From a virus, in the IMG/VR virus record IMGVR_UViG_3300042970_000016: a DNA stretch of 38,088 nt, one strand, 5' to 3'. The notes under the pieces are model-generated. The model was not told the DNA's origin. It made no database searches and worked only from the letters and a program-made list of their open reading frames with translations. Below are positions 17,884-25,728 of the stretch, one piece after another. Made by a program: the position numbers and the translations under genes. Numbering within the stretch: the first letter of the stretch is position 1; each line of letters starts with the position of its first letter.

Positions 17884-18435
17884 TTACATTCCCTTTCTGG
17901 CGCGGAGAAGGCGTTCCATCACGTCGTCCTGCGGATTCGCGCCGCCGTACTCGGCGGAGCAGTTCTCCTTTACGATCTGGAAGATCTCGTCCCACAGGCG
18001 GTTCGCCTGATTCATGTAGTTGATGCCGATATTGATGAACGGCGACGGGATCGGCTTGCCGGTCGTCGGATGCTTCGATAAATATCCGAGCTTGGTTGTC
18101 ATTTCCTCGCACTGAATCCAGCGAGCCGAGCACATCGCGTAGCGTTCCAGCAGCTGCGGCGATACGGCTTTCGCGACGCCGAGCTTGTCGAGCCATTCCC
18201 AGGTCTCGCGGTAGATGTCAGCCGCCTCCAGAGTGGAGCCGTCATGCTGACGCGCCGATAGGAACTCGTGCGGCTCCGGCATGTCCTCGCCCTCGGTGTC
18301 CGGGATGTCGAGCACCTCGAGCTTTCTGCCGCCCGGATTCCCGGCCTCGAACTTCTCTTTGACGGCGGTTTTCTTCCGGCCAGCGCCGGGACGTCTGCCG
18401 CCGCGACCGCCTGTGTTATTCGATTTTGTTGGCAT
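17884..18435 (-). CDS. terS: Terminase small subunit (P27-like)
   Basis: Start MPTKSNNTGGRGGRRPGAGRK; KHPTTG..I.SPF motif; follows HNH and cos. Confidence 0.85.
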   Translation of the reverse strand: MPTKSNNTGGRGGRRPGAGRKKTAVKEKFEAGNPGGRKLEVLDIPDTEGEDMPEPHEFLSARQHDGSTLEAADIYRETWEWLDKLGVAKAVSPQLLERYAMCSARWIQCEEMTTKLGYLSKHPTTGKPIPSPFINIGINYMNQANRLWDEIFQIVKENCSAEYGGANPQDDVMERLLRARKGM

Positions 18436-18524
18436 TTCGTCACCGCCTTTCATGCGCACACGCGCGTAATAGATATAAGGAGCGGGTTATTACCCTTTTG
18501 ATTTCGCTTTTTTCGCACGGAAGA

Positions 18525-18534
18525 CCCCGCGCCG
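18525..18534 (-). other. Candidate cos site CGGCGCGGGG
   Basis: GC-rich 10-mer in HNH-terS intergenic gap, resembles 3'-overhang cos ends of Firmicutes siphoviruses. Confidence 0.5.
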
Positions 18535-18572
18535 TTTTCCGGGAGGCCGCCTCGTAGAGATTCCGACCGCCC

Positions 18573-18944
18573 CTACCGGTCGTGTCGTGTGCCTCTGTCT
18601 CCGCGCTCGCGGTGGATCTTCTCATGGCAGCTCCTGCAGAGGCTCATGAGGTTGCTCTCGTCGTTCGTCCCGCCTTCCGACAAGGGAACGATGTGGTGGA
18701 CTTCCTCGACCGCAACGTAGCGTCCCTGCTTCAAGCACATCTCGCAGAGCGGATGCTTGTGGACGTAACGCGTGCGGACGCGCTGCCAAGACCTGCCGTA
18801 TCGTTTGCCGGTCGAGTAGCCGCGCGTGAACGTCTCGTAGTGCTTCTCCATCAGAGCCTTGTGCTCCGGGCAGTACTGTTCGCCGTCCTCGCAGAGGTTC
18901 GGGCATCCGGGATAGCGGCAGGGCCGCTTCGGTTTCATTGGCAT
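18573..18944 (-). CDS. Packaging-associated HNH endonuclease (HK97 gp74-like)
   Basis: MPMKPKRPC start; PLCEMC...VHHIVPL..GG...NLMSLCRSCHEKIH. Confidence 0.92.
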   Translation of the reverse strand: MPMKPKRPCRYPGCPNLCEDGEQYCPEHKALMEKHYETFTRGYSTGKRYGRSWQRVRTRYVHKHPLCEMCLKQGRYVAVEEVHHIVPLSEGGTNDESNLMSLCRSCHEKIHRERGDRGTRHDR

Positions 18945-18968
18945 GGCCTGCCGCCTCCCTTCGGGCAT

Positions 18969-19008
18969 AAGAAAAGCCCTGCGGGCATGGTGCTCGCAAG
19001 GCTTCTGG
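18969..19008 (-). terminator. Hairpin plus U tract in late-operon leader
   Basis: Minus strand AAGCCTTGCGAGCAccaTGCCCGCAGGGCTT followed by TTCTT. Confidence 0.5.
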
Positions 19009-19034
19009 TTCTTCTTATGGTTTTCGCTATTGTA

Positions 19035-19089
19035 AGGATAACACAGGAGGCGTCTGCCATTCTGTGCCAAAGTGTGCCAAACCGTGCCA
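19035..19089 (-). promoter_or_regulatory. Late promoter with four TGGCA(C) direct repeats at 10-bp period and extended -10 TGtTATCCT
   Basis: Repeats at 19054, 19064, 19074, 19084 directly after the RinA-like gene. Confidence 0.65.
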
Positions 19090-19095
19090 GTTTTT

Positions 19096-19509
19096 CTAAT
19101 CCGGCACAACAAAGTTCTGAAGCGCCGAACCGTGGATGCGGTGGACCGTGCGGAGGCTGACGTTCAGCATGCAGGCGATCTCATCCCATGTGCAGTTGTC
19201 GATGTACCGGTAGCGGAGCACCAGCTGCTCCTCCGGGTCATCCAGCAGATCGATCCGCGCGTTGATCTCGTCCCGCAGCGTAATGAGCTGCGCCACCTTC
19301 TTCTCCACGTCGGCCTGTATCTCATCGATCTTGTGGAGGCAGGTGACGAAGTGCGCGTCCGTTGGTGTGTTCGGGTTTCGCGGCATGCCGTCGTAGCGCA
19401 TGCCGCTGACGCTGGCGCTCATTTCCTTCCAGTAGTCGATCTCCCGGAGCCGCGCGCGGATCAGCGCATCCAGATGCTTGGCCTGATTCAGATATTGCTT
19501 CGGAGTCAT
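19096..19509 (-). CDS. RinA/ArpU-like (DUF1492) late transcriptional activator
   Basis: MTPKQYLNQA; C-terminal LRYRYI...WDEIA..LNVSLRTVHRIHGSAL HTH; last gene before packaging module. Confidence 0.88.
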   Translation of the reverse strand: MTPKQYLNQAKHLDALIRARLREIDYWKEMSASVSGMRYDGMPRNPNTPTDAHFVTCLHKIDEIQADVEKKVAQLITLRDEINARIDLLDDPEEQLVLRYRYIDNCTWDEIACMLNVSLRTVHRIHGSALQNFVVPD

Positions 19510-19727
19510 CTCATCACCTCCTCGTTGAGCTTTTTTATCAGCATCTCGCCGTCAACCGTCGTCAGCGCCTGATACCACTGGGACCGGAAGAACCGTTCGA
19601 CGGATTCCTTCTCCGTTTGCGCGGCCTTGTTCCGCGGGTTCATGCGCAGGGCCTTCAGTGCTGTCCGGTAGTCGCGGACAGCCTGCAGGATGACGGCGTT
19701 GGCGAGATTCTCGTAGGGGTCGTTCAT
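19506..19727 (-). CDS. Conserved hypothetical phage protein (73 aa)
   Basis: YENLANAVILQAVRDYR...ERFFRSQW; coupled to both neighbours. Confidence 0.8.
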   Translation of the reverse strand: MNDPYENLANAVILQAVRDYRTALKALRMNPRNKAAQTEKESVERFFRSQWYQALTTVDGEMLIKKLNEEVMR

Positions 19728-21076
19728 CGCATCACCGCCTTCACCGCAGCGATAAGCGCTGACTGCGTCTTGTCCTTGCGTTTCAAGGCGTTGAGGATCT
19801 GCCCGTCAATGGTGCTCGCAGTGACGATGTGCTGGATGACGACGGTCTGGCTTTCCTGTCCCTGACGCCAAAGCCTTGCGTTCGTCTGCTGGTAGAGCTC
19901 CAATGACCACGTGAGGCCGAACCAGACAAGCGTCGATCCGCCGGACTGCAGGTTGAGCCCGTGACCGGCGGAGGCCGGGTGGATGACTGCTACAGGAATA
20001 TTGCCCGCATTCCAGTCATCGATGTCCTGCGACGACTTGATCTCCCGGACGTCGAACCGTCTGCGGATTCTCTCCAGATCGTGCCGGAACCAGTAGGCGA
20101 CAAGCAGCGGCTTCCCGTTCGCGGCCTCGATGATGTCCTCCAAGGCGTCGAGCTTCCGGTCATGGAATTCGATGATCTTCCCGTCGTCGGAGTAGATCGC
20201 GCCGTTTGCAAGCTGAGAGAGCTTCCCGGTAAGCGTTGCCGCGTTCGCTGCGGTGATCTCGTCGCCGTGAAGTTCCAGCACCAGATCGTTCTTCAGCTCC
20301 TCGTACCGTTTGCGCTCCTCGGCGGACAGCTGCACCTCGTACTGCGTGGAGATGAGCTCCGGCATCTTCAGATGATCGGTCGACTTCATGGAAATCGTGA
20401 TATCCGAGATTTTCCGGTAGATCGCGTCCTCTGCATACGGCAGCGGCTTGTAGGAGTAGATGATCTCGCCGTTGCGCTTGTCGGGTATGAAGTACTGGCT
20501 GCGGTACTGGGTGATGAAGCGTCCGAGGCGTTCTCCCTTGTCCAGCGCCTTGAACTCAGCCCACAGGTCCATGAGACCGTTGCTGCTGGGTGTCCCGGTG
20601 AGGCCGATGATCCTTTTGACCTTGGGACGCACCTTCATCAGCGCCCGGAAGCGTTTTGACTTGTGGTTCTTGAAGCTGGAGAGCTCGTCCAAGACCACCA
20701 TGTCGTAGGTGAAGGGGATGCCGGAGTCGTCGATCAGCCATCCGAGGTTCTCCCGGTTGATGATCGTAATATCCGAATTCTGCATGAGTGCCGCCTTGCG
20801 TTCCCGTGCGGTTCCGACTGCAACGGCGTAGGTGAGACCGGAGAGGTGCTCCCATTTCCTGATTTCAGCGGGCCAGGTGTCGCGGGCCACTCGAAGAGGC
20901 GCGACTACGAGAATCCGGCTGACCTCGAAGCTGTCAAACAGAAGGTCGACGGCAGCAGTCAGCGTGATGATGGTTTTCCCAAGACCGCAATCAAGGAAGA
21001 TGGCAGCTGTGTTGTGAGTCTCGATATAGGAGACGCAGTATTTCTGGTAGGAATGAAGGTCACTTAGTTTTTGCAT
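19724..21076 (-). CDS. SNF2-family helicase
   Basis: GLGKT, DELS, LTGTP, SAGHGLNLQ, QTNARLWRQGQ motifs. Confidence 0.93.
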   Translation of the reverse strand: MQKLSDLHSYQKYCVSYIETHNTAAIFLDCGLGKTIITLTAAVDLLFDSFEVSRILVVAPLRVARDTWPAEIRKWEHLSGLTYAVAVGTARERKAALMQNSDITIINRENLGWLIDDSGIPFTYDMVVLDELSSFKNHKSKRFRALMKVRPKVKRIIGLTGTPSSNGLMDLWAEFKALDKGERLGRFITQYRSQYFIPDKRNGEIIYSYKPLPYAEDAIYRKISDITISMKSTDHLKMPELISTQYEVQLSAEERKRYEELKNDLVLELHGDEITAANAATLTGKLSQLANGAIYSDDGKIIEFHDRKLDALEDIIEAANGKPLLVAYWFRHDLERIRRRFDVREIKSSQDIDDWNAGNIPVAVIHPASAGHGLNLQSGGSTLVWFGLTWSLELYQQTNARLWRQGQESQTVVIQHIVTASTIDGQILNALKRKDKTQSALIAAVKAVMR

Positions 21077-21572
21077 TTTCTTCGGCCTCCATTTCTTTTA
21101 TCTGCTTGATGAACCATCTCAATTCGCTGTGGTGGTGAGCGTGTGCACTTTGCGACGGAAAAACGACCAGATTCTCGGGAGAATTGTTGTATCGGTTTCC
21201 GTCACGATGGTGTACGACTTCTCCGGGCATCAATGACCTTCCAAGCATCTGTTCAGCTACGACGCGATGTGCGGCGAGTCCATGGATTTTGGAATAACCG
21301 TCGCATCTGCCTTTTCCGAGGCGGGATTCTCTGAGTTTCTCCTTGGTCTCAGGCGTCATACGATCCGGGTTGAGTTCCTCGTTTAGCTTTGTTATGTGCT
21401 GGCTTATGTTAGTGAAGTCCTTGAGGCTGGCATAGCCGTCTGGGTTCTTCGCTTTGCTGCTGAAATCCGCGAGGCATTGTCTGCTGCAGAAGTGGTGCTT
21501 CTTGCCTTTAAGCTGGGCTGAATCTCGGAAGAATTCACGTCCGCACCAATCACAGACTATTTTCAATTTCAT
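21060..21572 (-). CDS. Free-standing HNH endonuclease with N-terminal Cys cluster
   Basis: CDWC...FCSRQC; AHRVVAE...VHHRDGNRYNNSPENL; lower GC; overlaps both neighbours. Confidence 0.85.
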   Translation of the reverse strand: MKLKIVCDWCGREFFRDSAQLKGKKHHFCSRQCLADFSSKAKNPDGYASLKDFTNISQHITKLNEELNPDRMTPETKEKLRESRLGKGRCDGYSKIHGLAAHRVVAEQMLGRSLMPGEVVHHRDGNRYNNSPENLVVFPSQSAHAHHHSELRWFIKQIKEMEAEENAKTK

Positions 21573-21837
21573 CTATCACACCTCCGATCTGTTCTGGATT
21601 GTCGATGACATAGACGCGGAATCCGAGTTTCCGCAGGAGTCGGTGCCGTGCATATTGCAGTCTTCTTGGCTTCTTTCCGGGTGCCTTGAGCTCTGCGAAG
21701 GCGATGCGTGCGCCGGGCAGCAGGATGATCCGGTCCGGCATCCCGTCGAAGCCGGGTGAGACGAACTTCGGCGCGATGCCGCCGCGGCGCTTCACCTCGC
21801 TGGCGAGTTTCTGCTCGATCTGCTTTTCACTTCTCAT
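21550..21837 (-). CDS. VRR-NUC domain nuclease
   Basis: Start MRSEKQIEQKL; GMPDRI...FAELKAPG...Q...LRKLGF. Confidence 0.92.
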   Translation of the reverse strand: MRSEKQIEQKLASEVKRRGGIAPKFVSPGFDGMPDRIILLPGARIAFAELKAPGKKPRRLQYARHRLLRKLGFRVYVIDNPEQIGGVIDEIENSL

Positions 21838-22391
21838 GGTTTCGCCTCCGGAACCGGGTCGACAAGGTTGAATGCGGCGTAGGCTGCGGAGAGGAAGTCG
21901 GTGATCGGCTTTCCCTTGTAGGTCCAGACGCATTGTCCGCGGTATTTGACGCCGAGGCGCTCCGGGTTGTGGCGGCTGCGCCCGATGAGGATCTGCTCTC
22001 CGTGGTAGGTGAGACTCCAGCCGTTTGTCGTCCTTGTCCATTTGCGTTTCGGGAAGCTGCGTTTCCGCTTGGAGCGGTTTCTCATCAGCCGTTCGCGGTC
22101 CTTGGCGGCGAGGATGTCGCCTTCCATGATTCCGGCGCAGATACAGCCGACCGATACGTCCTCGAAGTAGTCCGGGTGCGTCATGACGTGCACGTAGCGG
22201 ACCTTGGTGCAGCCGCACAGCTCGCAGATGTGCAGCGGCGCGTCCCAGTCATCCTCGCGGACGTCGTACATCCTTTTGCAGGTCCATCCGGAGAACGGCG
22301 CTCCCCAGCTGCGCAGCGTTTTCTGGCAGCGGGCGAGATAGCTTTTGTCCGGCTGTCCGTCATGGTCTAAGCTTTGTCCTGTATCTTGCAT
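21834..22391 (-). CDS. Hypothetical protein with Cys/His metal-binding cluster
   Basis: GGAGG RBS; CELCG...RYVH...VGCICA. Confidence 0.75.
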   Translation of the reverse strand: MQDTGQSLDHDGQPDKSYLARCQKTLRSWGAPFSGWTCKRMYDVREDDWDAPLHICELCGCTKVRYVHVMTHPDYFEDVSVGCICAGIMEGDILAAKDRERLMRNRSKRKRSFPKRKWTRTTNGWSLTYHGEQILIGRSRHNPERLGVKYRGQCVWTYKGKPITDFLSAAYAAFNLVDPVPEAKP

Positions 22392-22427
22392 GGTGTAAAA
22401 ACCTCCGTGTTCTCAACGTTTATTGGG

Positions 22428-22552
22428 TTTTGTCCCTTTTGTCGCTTTTGTCCCTTAATCCGTAAACAAAAATGGTTTAGTAGAAGAATTGAGAATAAAT
22501 AAATCATTCTTTTTGGCTTTTTATAGGGGTTCGGACAAAAGGGACAGAACCC
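22428..22552. repeat. Candidate replication origin: three 9-bp TTTTGTC(C/G)C iterons, AT-rich core, two inverted iterons
   Basis: 22428-22454 direct repeats; 22532-22549 inverted copies; non-coding gap right after primase-helicase. Confidence 0.6.
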
Positions 22553-22637
22553 TGAAACCCGTGTGTTTCCTGATGTTTTCCTGCCCCAAGAACTGTCCTG
22601 AAGGGCAGGACAGGCATAGGACGGAATGACAAAAGTC

Positions 22638-24887
22638 CTACTTCTCATGGAACTTCGGATTGACGGCATACTTCGGAAGCGGCGGTCTGCCCGTGCCGGA
22701 ATACTTCTGAGGCTTCTGTGCGATGTACCCGTAGTCCTCGAGGAAGTCCAGCACCGGCTGGATGGAGTCGACCGTCTTGAAGGTGCGGCACATGCGCATC
22801 GCGGCACGCCGGTCAAAAGCGGTGAGCTTTTGCTCCTTGATGCGCTGCAGGATCATGTCCGCGTTCCGGTACATCGCATCCTCCGGCAGTACGGAGTAGG
22901 CGGCCTGCGCGTGGTTCAGGAAGTAGCGGCCCAGCCGGATAGCGTCCGCCATCGTCTTGCCGGAGACCGTCAACGCGCCGTGGGTGTCAAGGAAGTCGTG
23001 GCTCTGGTAGGTGCCAGCCCGGCAGAGGAGGCCGGACATGCGCAGCACGTTGCCGACGAGCTTTCCTGCCCAGTCGGCCATCTCCGCATAGTCGGTCGTA
23101 AGCTTCGGCTCCAGCCAGTTCGCGAACGACTCAAGCTCCTGGTCCGCTTCCGGCGAGAGCGTTATGATCTGCGGCTTCTCCGGGTACTCGTCGTCCAGCA
23201 GGTTTACGACCAGACGCTCGTAGGCGCGGTAGATACCGTCGGTCACGGCCTCGCTCCGGTACCTGCGGCTTCCCACACTGGAGACCGGCATGCTGTAGAG
23301 GAACCTCGCGGTGAGGCCTCGCCCACGGAAGGTCGTGTTGCTGAGGACCGCGGAGACGACGTTCGGCTGCGCCATCAGAAGGATGGTGAGCGCCGGGTCC
23401 ATGATGCTTTCACTGTCCCTGCCGATACGGTCGACGCGGATCGTGTCTCCCGAGTAGCCTTTCAGCATGACATCGATGTTCACGTTCCGCGTGTAGATGC
23501 CGGACAGAGTGTCGAAGATGCCGCCCTCACTGGAGATCAGCGAGGCGTGGCCGTGGTTGCTGGCGATGACGGAGACGAGCTTCTCGGTCGTGATGTCATC
23601 CACATACAATTGCAGTGGATTCACTTCCTCGAAGTCGGCGACCTCCTGCGCGATGCGCTCAAGCTCCTCCGGATCGGCGTTGCCCTTGGCGACCTTCTCC
23701 TCGAGGGCCTTCTGCCTGCGCTCCAGCACGCGCTTCTGCATGCGTCCGGCCTCGACAGCCGCGGCGTTGGTCTTGTTGTATTCGACCTCGTAGTCGTTGA
23801 CCGGCTGCAGCATCAGATGCAATACCGACGACTTCCTCTCCGAAGGCGGTGCAATCACGATTACATACGTGTTCAAGGGCTCCACCCAGTCGGACTTGCC
23901 CTGAATCCGGTACTTCTTCTGAAGACAGGTCGAGAGAACGGATATTGCGATACTGCCTGCCATATCAACAGAGGTCTGCGTGCTTTCCGCGACGGCCTTC
24001 ACGTAGTCGGCGATGGGCTCCGGGAGCGCGTCGACTGGGAAGGGTGCCATCGTGTACCGTGAGAACGGCAGCGGCTCGTCCCATCCGGGATTCGGATTGT
24101 TGTACTCCTGCGGGCTCACGTAGCCGGGCTGGCTTGCAATCTTCGCATAGTATTTCGCGGCGCTTTTCCAGATGTGGTTCAGCTCGTCCGTGGAGAGCGG
24201 CGGCTGGCATTTCTCCGCTTCCGTGAAATACGCGTTCTTGGATTCTTCTGTATCCCCATAGCGTTTCATGGAGCGTACTGCCCACCGGAACATCGTGGTG
24301 TTGCGGCTGCCCTCCGGAATGGTCGCTTGGCTTTCGTAGCCTCCCGGCATGTCCTTGTCGAATTCGTCCCCGTAGAGGAAGTCCGTGAGCGTCTTGCCGC
24401 CCGGATGGAACTCGACCTTGGGGTCGCGTGTCCCGTAGAGGAAGCGTGCCGCGTCGAGCGCGTTCGCATCCAGGTAGGGGAAGATCTCGTGCAGGAGCTG
24501 CTTCAATGCGGCATACGCCTCGTAGTCGGTCATCGGGTCGATCTGAAAGAACAGATGGAAGCGCGGTCTCGCGGACTTCCCGTCCTTGGGTCGATTGTTG
24601 TGGCGGCTGTAGTGGACGGCGAAGAAGACACCGGGCAGCGCCTTCTGGATGTCCGCTGGCGTCTTCCAGCCCGCCGGATCATCCGAGTGGTCGTTGTCGC
24701 AGTCGACGGGAAGGCAGTCCGAGGAGATGAAGTTGTCGTTGCCACGGTAGTTGTTCCTGTATTTGGCGCACACGTGGTCGTGCGAGACGGCTCTCTTGAA
24801 GCTCGCCTCATCGACGACCTCGACCGGGTGCGAGTAGACGCAGTTGGATTCCTGCTGGTAGGCGTCGGACGTATAGATGGTGAACAT
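22638..24887 (-). CDS. Primase (AEP-like plus PriCT) fused to DUF3987/YfjI-type helicase domain
   Basis: VDCDND and RPRFHLFF; IPEGSRN...PPL PriCT; FPVDALP, APPSERKSS, DITTEKL, SEGG, RGLTARFL. Confidence 0.85.
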   Translation of the reverse strand: MFTIYTSDAYQQESNCVYSHPVEVVDEASFKRAVSHDHVCAKYRNNYRGNDNFISSDCLPVDCDNDHSDDPAGWKTPADIQKALPGVFFAVHYSRHNNRPKDGKSARPRFHLFFQIDPMTDYEAYAALKQLLHEIFPYLDANALDAARFLYGTRDPKVEFHPGGKTLTDFLYGDEFDKDMPGGYESQATIPEGSRNTTMFRWAVRSMKRYGDTEESKNAYFTEAEKCQPPLSTDELNHIWKSAAKYYAKIASQPGYVSPQEYNNPNPGWDEPLPFSRYTMAPFPVDALPEPIADYVKAVAESTQTSVDMAGSIAISVLSTCLQKKYRIQGKSDWVEPLNTYVIVIAPPSERKSSVLHLMLQPVNDYEVEYNKTNAAAVEAGRMQKRVLERRQKALEEKVAKGNADPEELERIAQEVADFEEVNPLQLYVDDITTEKLVSVIASNHGHASLISSEGGIFDTLSGIYTRNVNIDVMLKGYSGDTIRVDRIGRDSESIMDPALTILLMAQPNVVSAVLSNTTFRGRGLTARFLYSMPVSSVGSRRYRSEAVTDGIYRAYERLVVNLLDDEYPEKPQIITLSPEADQELESFANWLEPKLTTDYAEMADWAGKLVGNVLRMSGLLCRAGTYQSHDFLDTHGALTVSGKTMADAIRLGRYFLNHAQAAYSVLPEDAMYRNADMILQRIKEQKLTAFDRRAAMRMCRTFKTVDSIQPVLDFLEDYGYIAQKPQKYSGTGRPPLPKYAVNPKFHEK

Positions 24888-25216
24888 CAGTCGTACACCT
24901 CCTTGGATTCATCCTCCAGCACCTGCATGATGAACTTGAGTGCCGTGATCATGGTGGCAAGCTCGCAGTCGCCGCCGAGGGTGACCTCGAAGCCACCGTT
25001 CCCGTAACGGTCCTGTATCGGGTTCACGCGGATGTCCGTGCCTCCAAGATCCGTGATGCGCAGATAGGTGCGGCCTCCGTGACCAGTGTCGCCGCCCATG
25101 TATCCGGTTGTCCCGGCCTCGGCCTCGAGTACATTCGCACTGGTGATCTCGCGGCTGTATGTGGTGATTCTGGTTCCGTCATAGAGCGTCCGCTGGTTTT
25201 CTTCGATTGCATGCAT
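24887..25216 (-). CDS. Conserved hypothetical phage protein (109 aa)
   Basis: Start MHAIEEN after GGAGG; EAGTTGYMGGDTGHGGRTY, GDCEL. Confidence 0.8.
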   Translation of the reverse strand: MHAIEENQRTLYDGTRITTYSREITSANVLEAEAGTTGYMGGDTGHGGRTYLRITDLGGTDIRVNPIQDRYGNGGFEVTLGGDCELATMITALKFIMQVLEDESKEVYD

Positions 25217-25221
25217 AAGTG

Positions 25222-25638
25222 TTAGACCTCCTTCAAATCCTCTGTGAAATAGCGCAGCCGGTAGCCCTTCCAGCGGGCTCTTCGTATTTCCGCTGCCATG
25301 CCGTTCGAGATCCTGTCTCCGAACACCCAGACCTCGGCGCACTTGCTCATGAGCGCGTTTCCGAAGAAGAGTCCGAGCTCGCGCTCAGTAGGGTCGGTGT
25401 CGTCAAGGAACTGCGGAAACAGCAGATGCGGCGCGATGGGGATGTATCCCTGTTCGACTGCGAACCGGCAGTAGCGCCGGGCGTCCGCCACGTTCCTCTG
25501 AATGTCTCCCGCATACGGCGAGCAGACGTAGATGATGGGACGGAAAGCGCGGAGCGCCTTCTTCTCTTCAAGTTCGATAAGGCTCAGCGCCTCGTAGCAT
25601 GTCGGGTCCGGATAGCCCTCAAAATTCCTGTAATCCAA
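25222..25638 (-). CDS. DUF4406 / nucleoside-deoxyribosyltransferase-like Rossmannoid protein
   Basis: Probable TTG start behind AAGGAGG; YVCSPYAG, PIAPHL, CAEVWVFG..ISNGM..E. Confidence 0.8.
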   Translation of the reverse strand: MDYRNFEGYPDPTCYEALSLIELEEKKALRAFRPIIYVCSPYAGDIQRNVADARRYCRFAVEQGYIPIAPHLLFPQFLDDTDPTERELGLFFGNALMSKCAEVWVFGDRISNGMAAEIRRARWKGYRLRYFTEDLKEV

Positions 25639-25668
25639 ACCGGTATCCTCCTTTCCGGCGGGCAATAG

Positions 25669-25716
25669 AAAAAGCGGCCTGCCTCTACTTCCCACTGGAG
25701 GGGACAGGCCGCTTTT
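25669..25716 (-). terminator. Terminator-like hairpin after DNA polymerase enclosing a promoter motif
   Basis: AAAAGCGGCCTG ... CAGGCCGCTTTT inverted repeat. Confidence 0.6.
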
Positions 25717-25722
25717 GACGAA
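25687..25722 (-). promoter_or_regulatory. Bipartite motif TTCGTCAAAA-N11-CCTCCAGTGGGAAGT copy 2
   Basis: Both boxes and spacing identical to 30753-30788. Confidence 0.7.
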
Positions 25723-25728
25723 ACAGAT

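Noticed and set aside
21838-22218. N-terminal extension of VRR-NUC ORF
   Set aside because: Overlaps the 185-aa gene in another frame; VRR-NUC homology begins at the ATG at 21837
22626-25007. Plus-strand ORFs 22626-24062 and 24174-25007
   Set aside because: Antisense to the primase-helicase with no recognisable motifs
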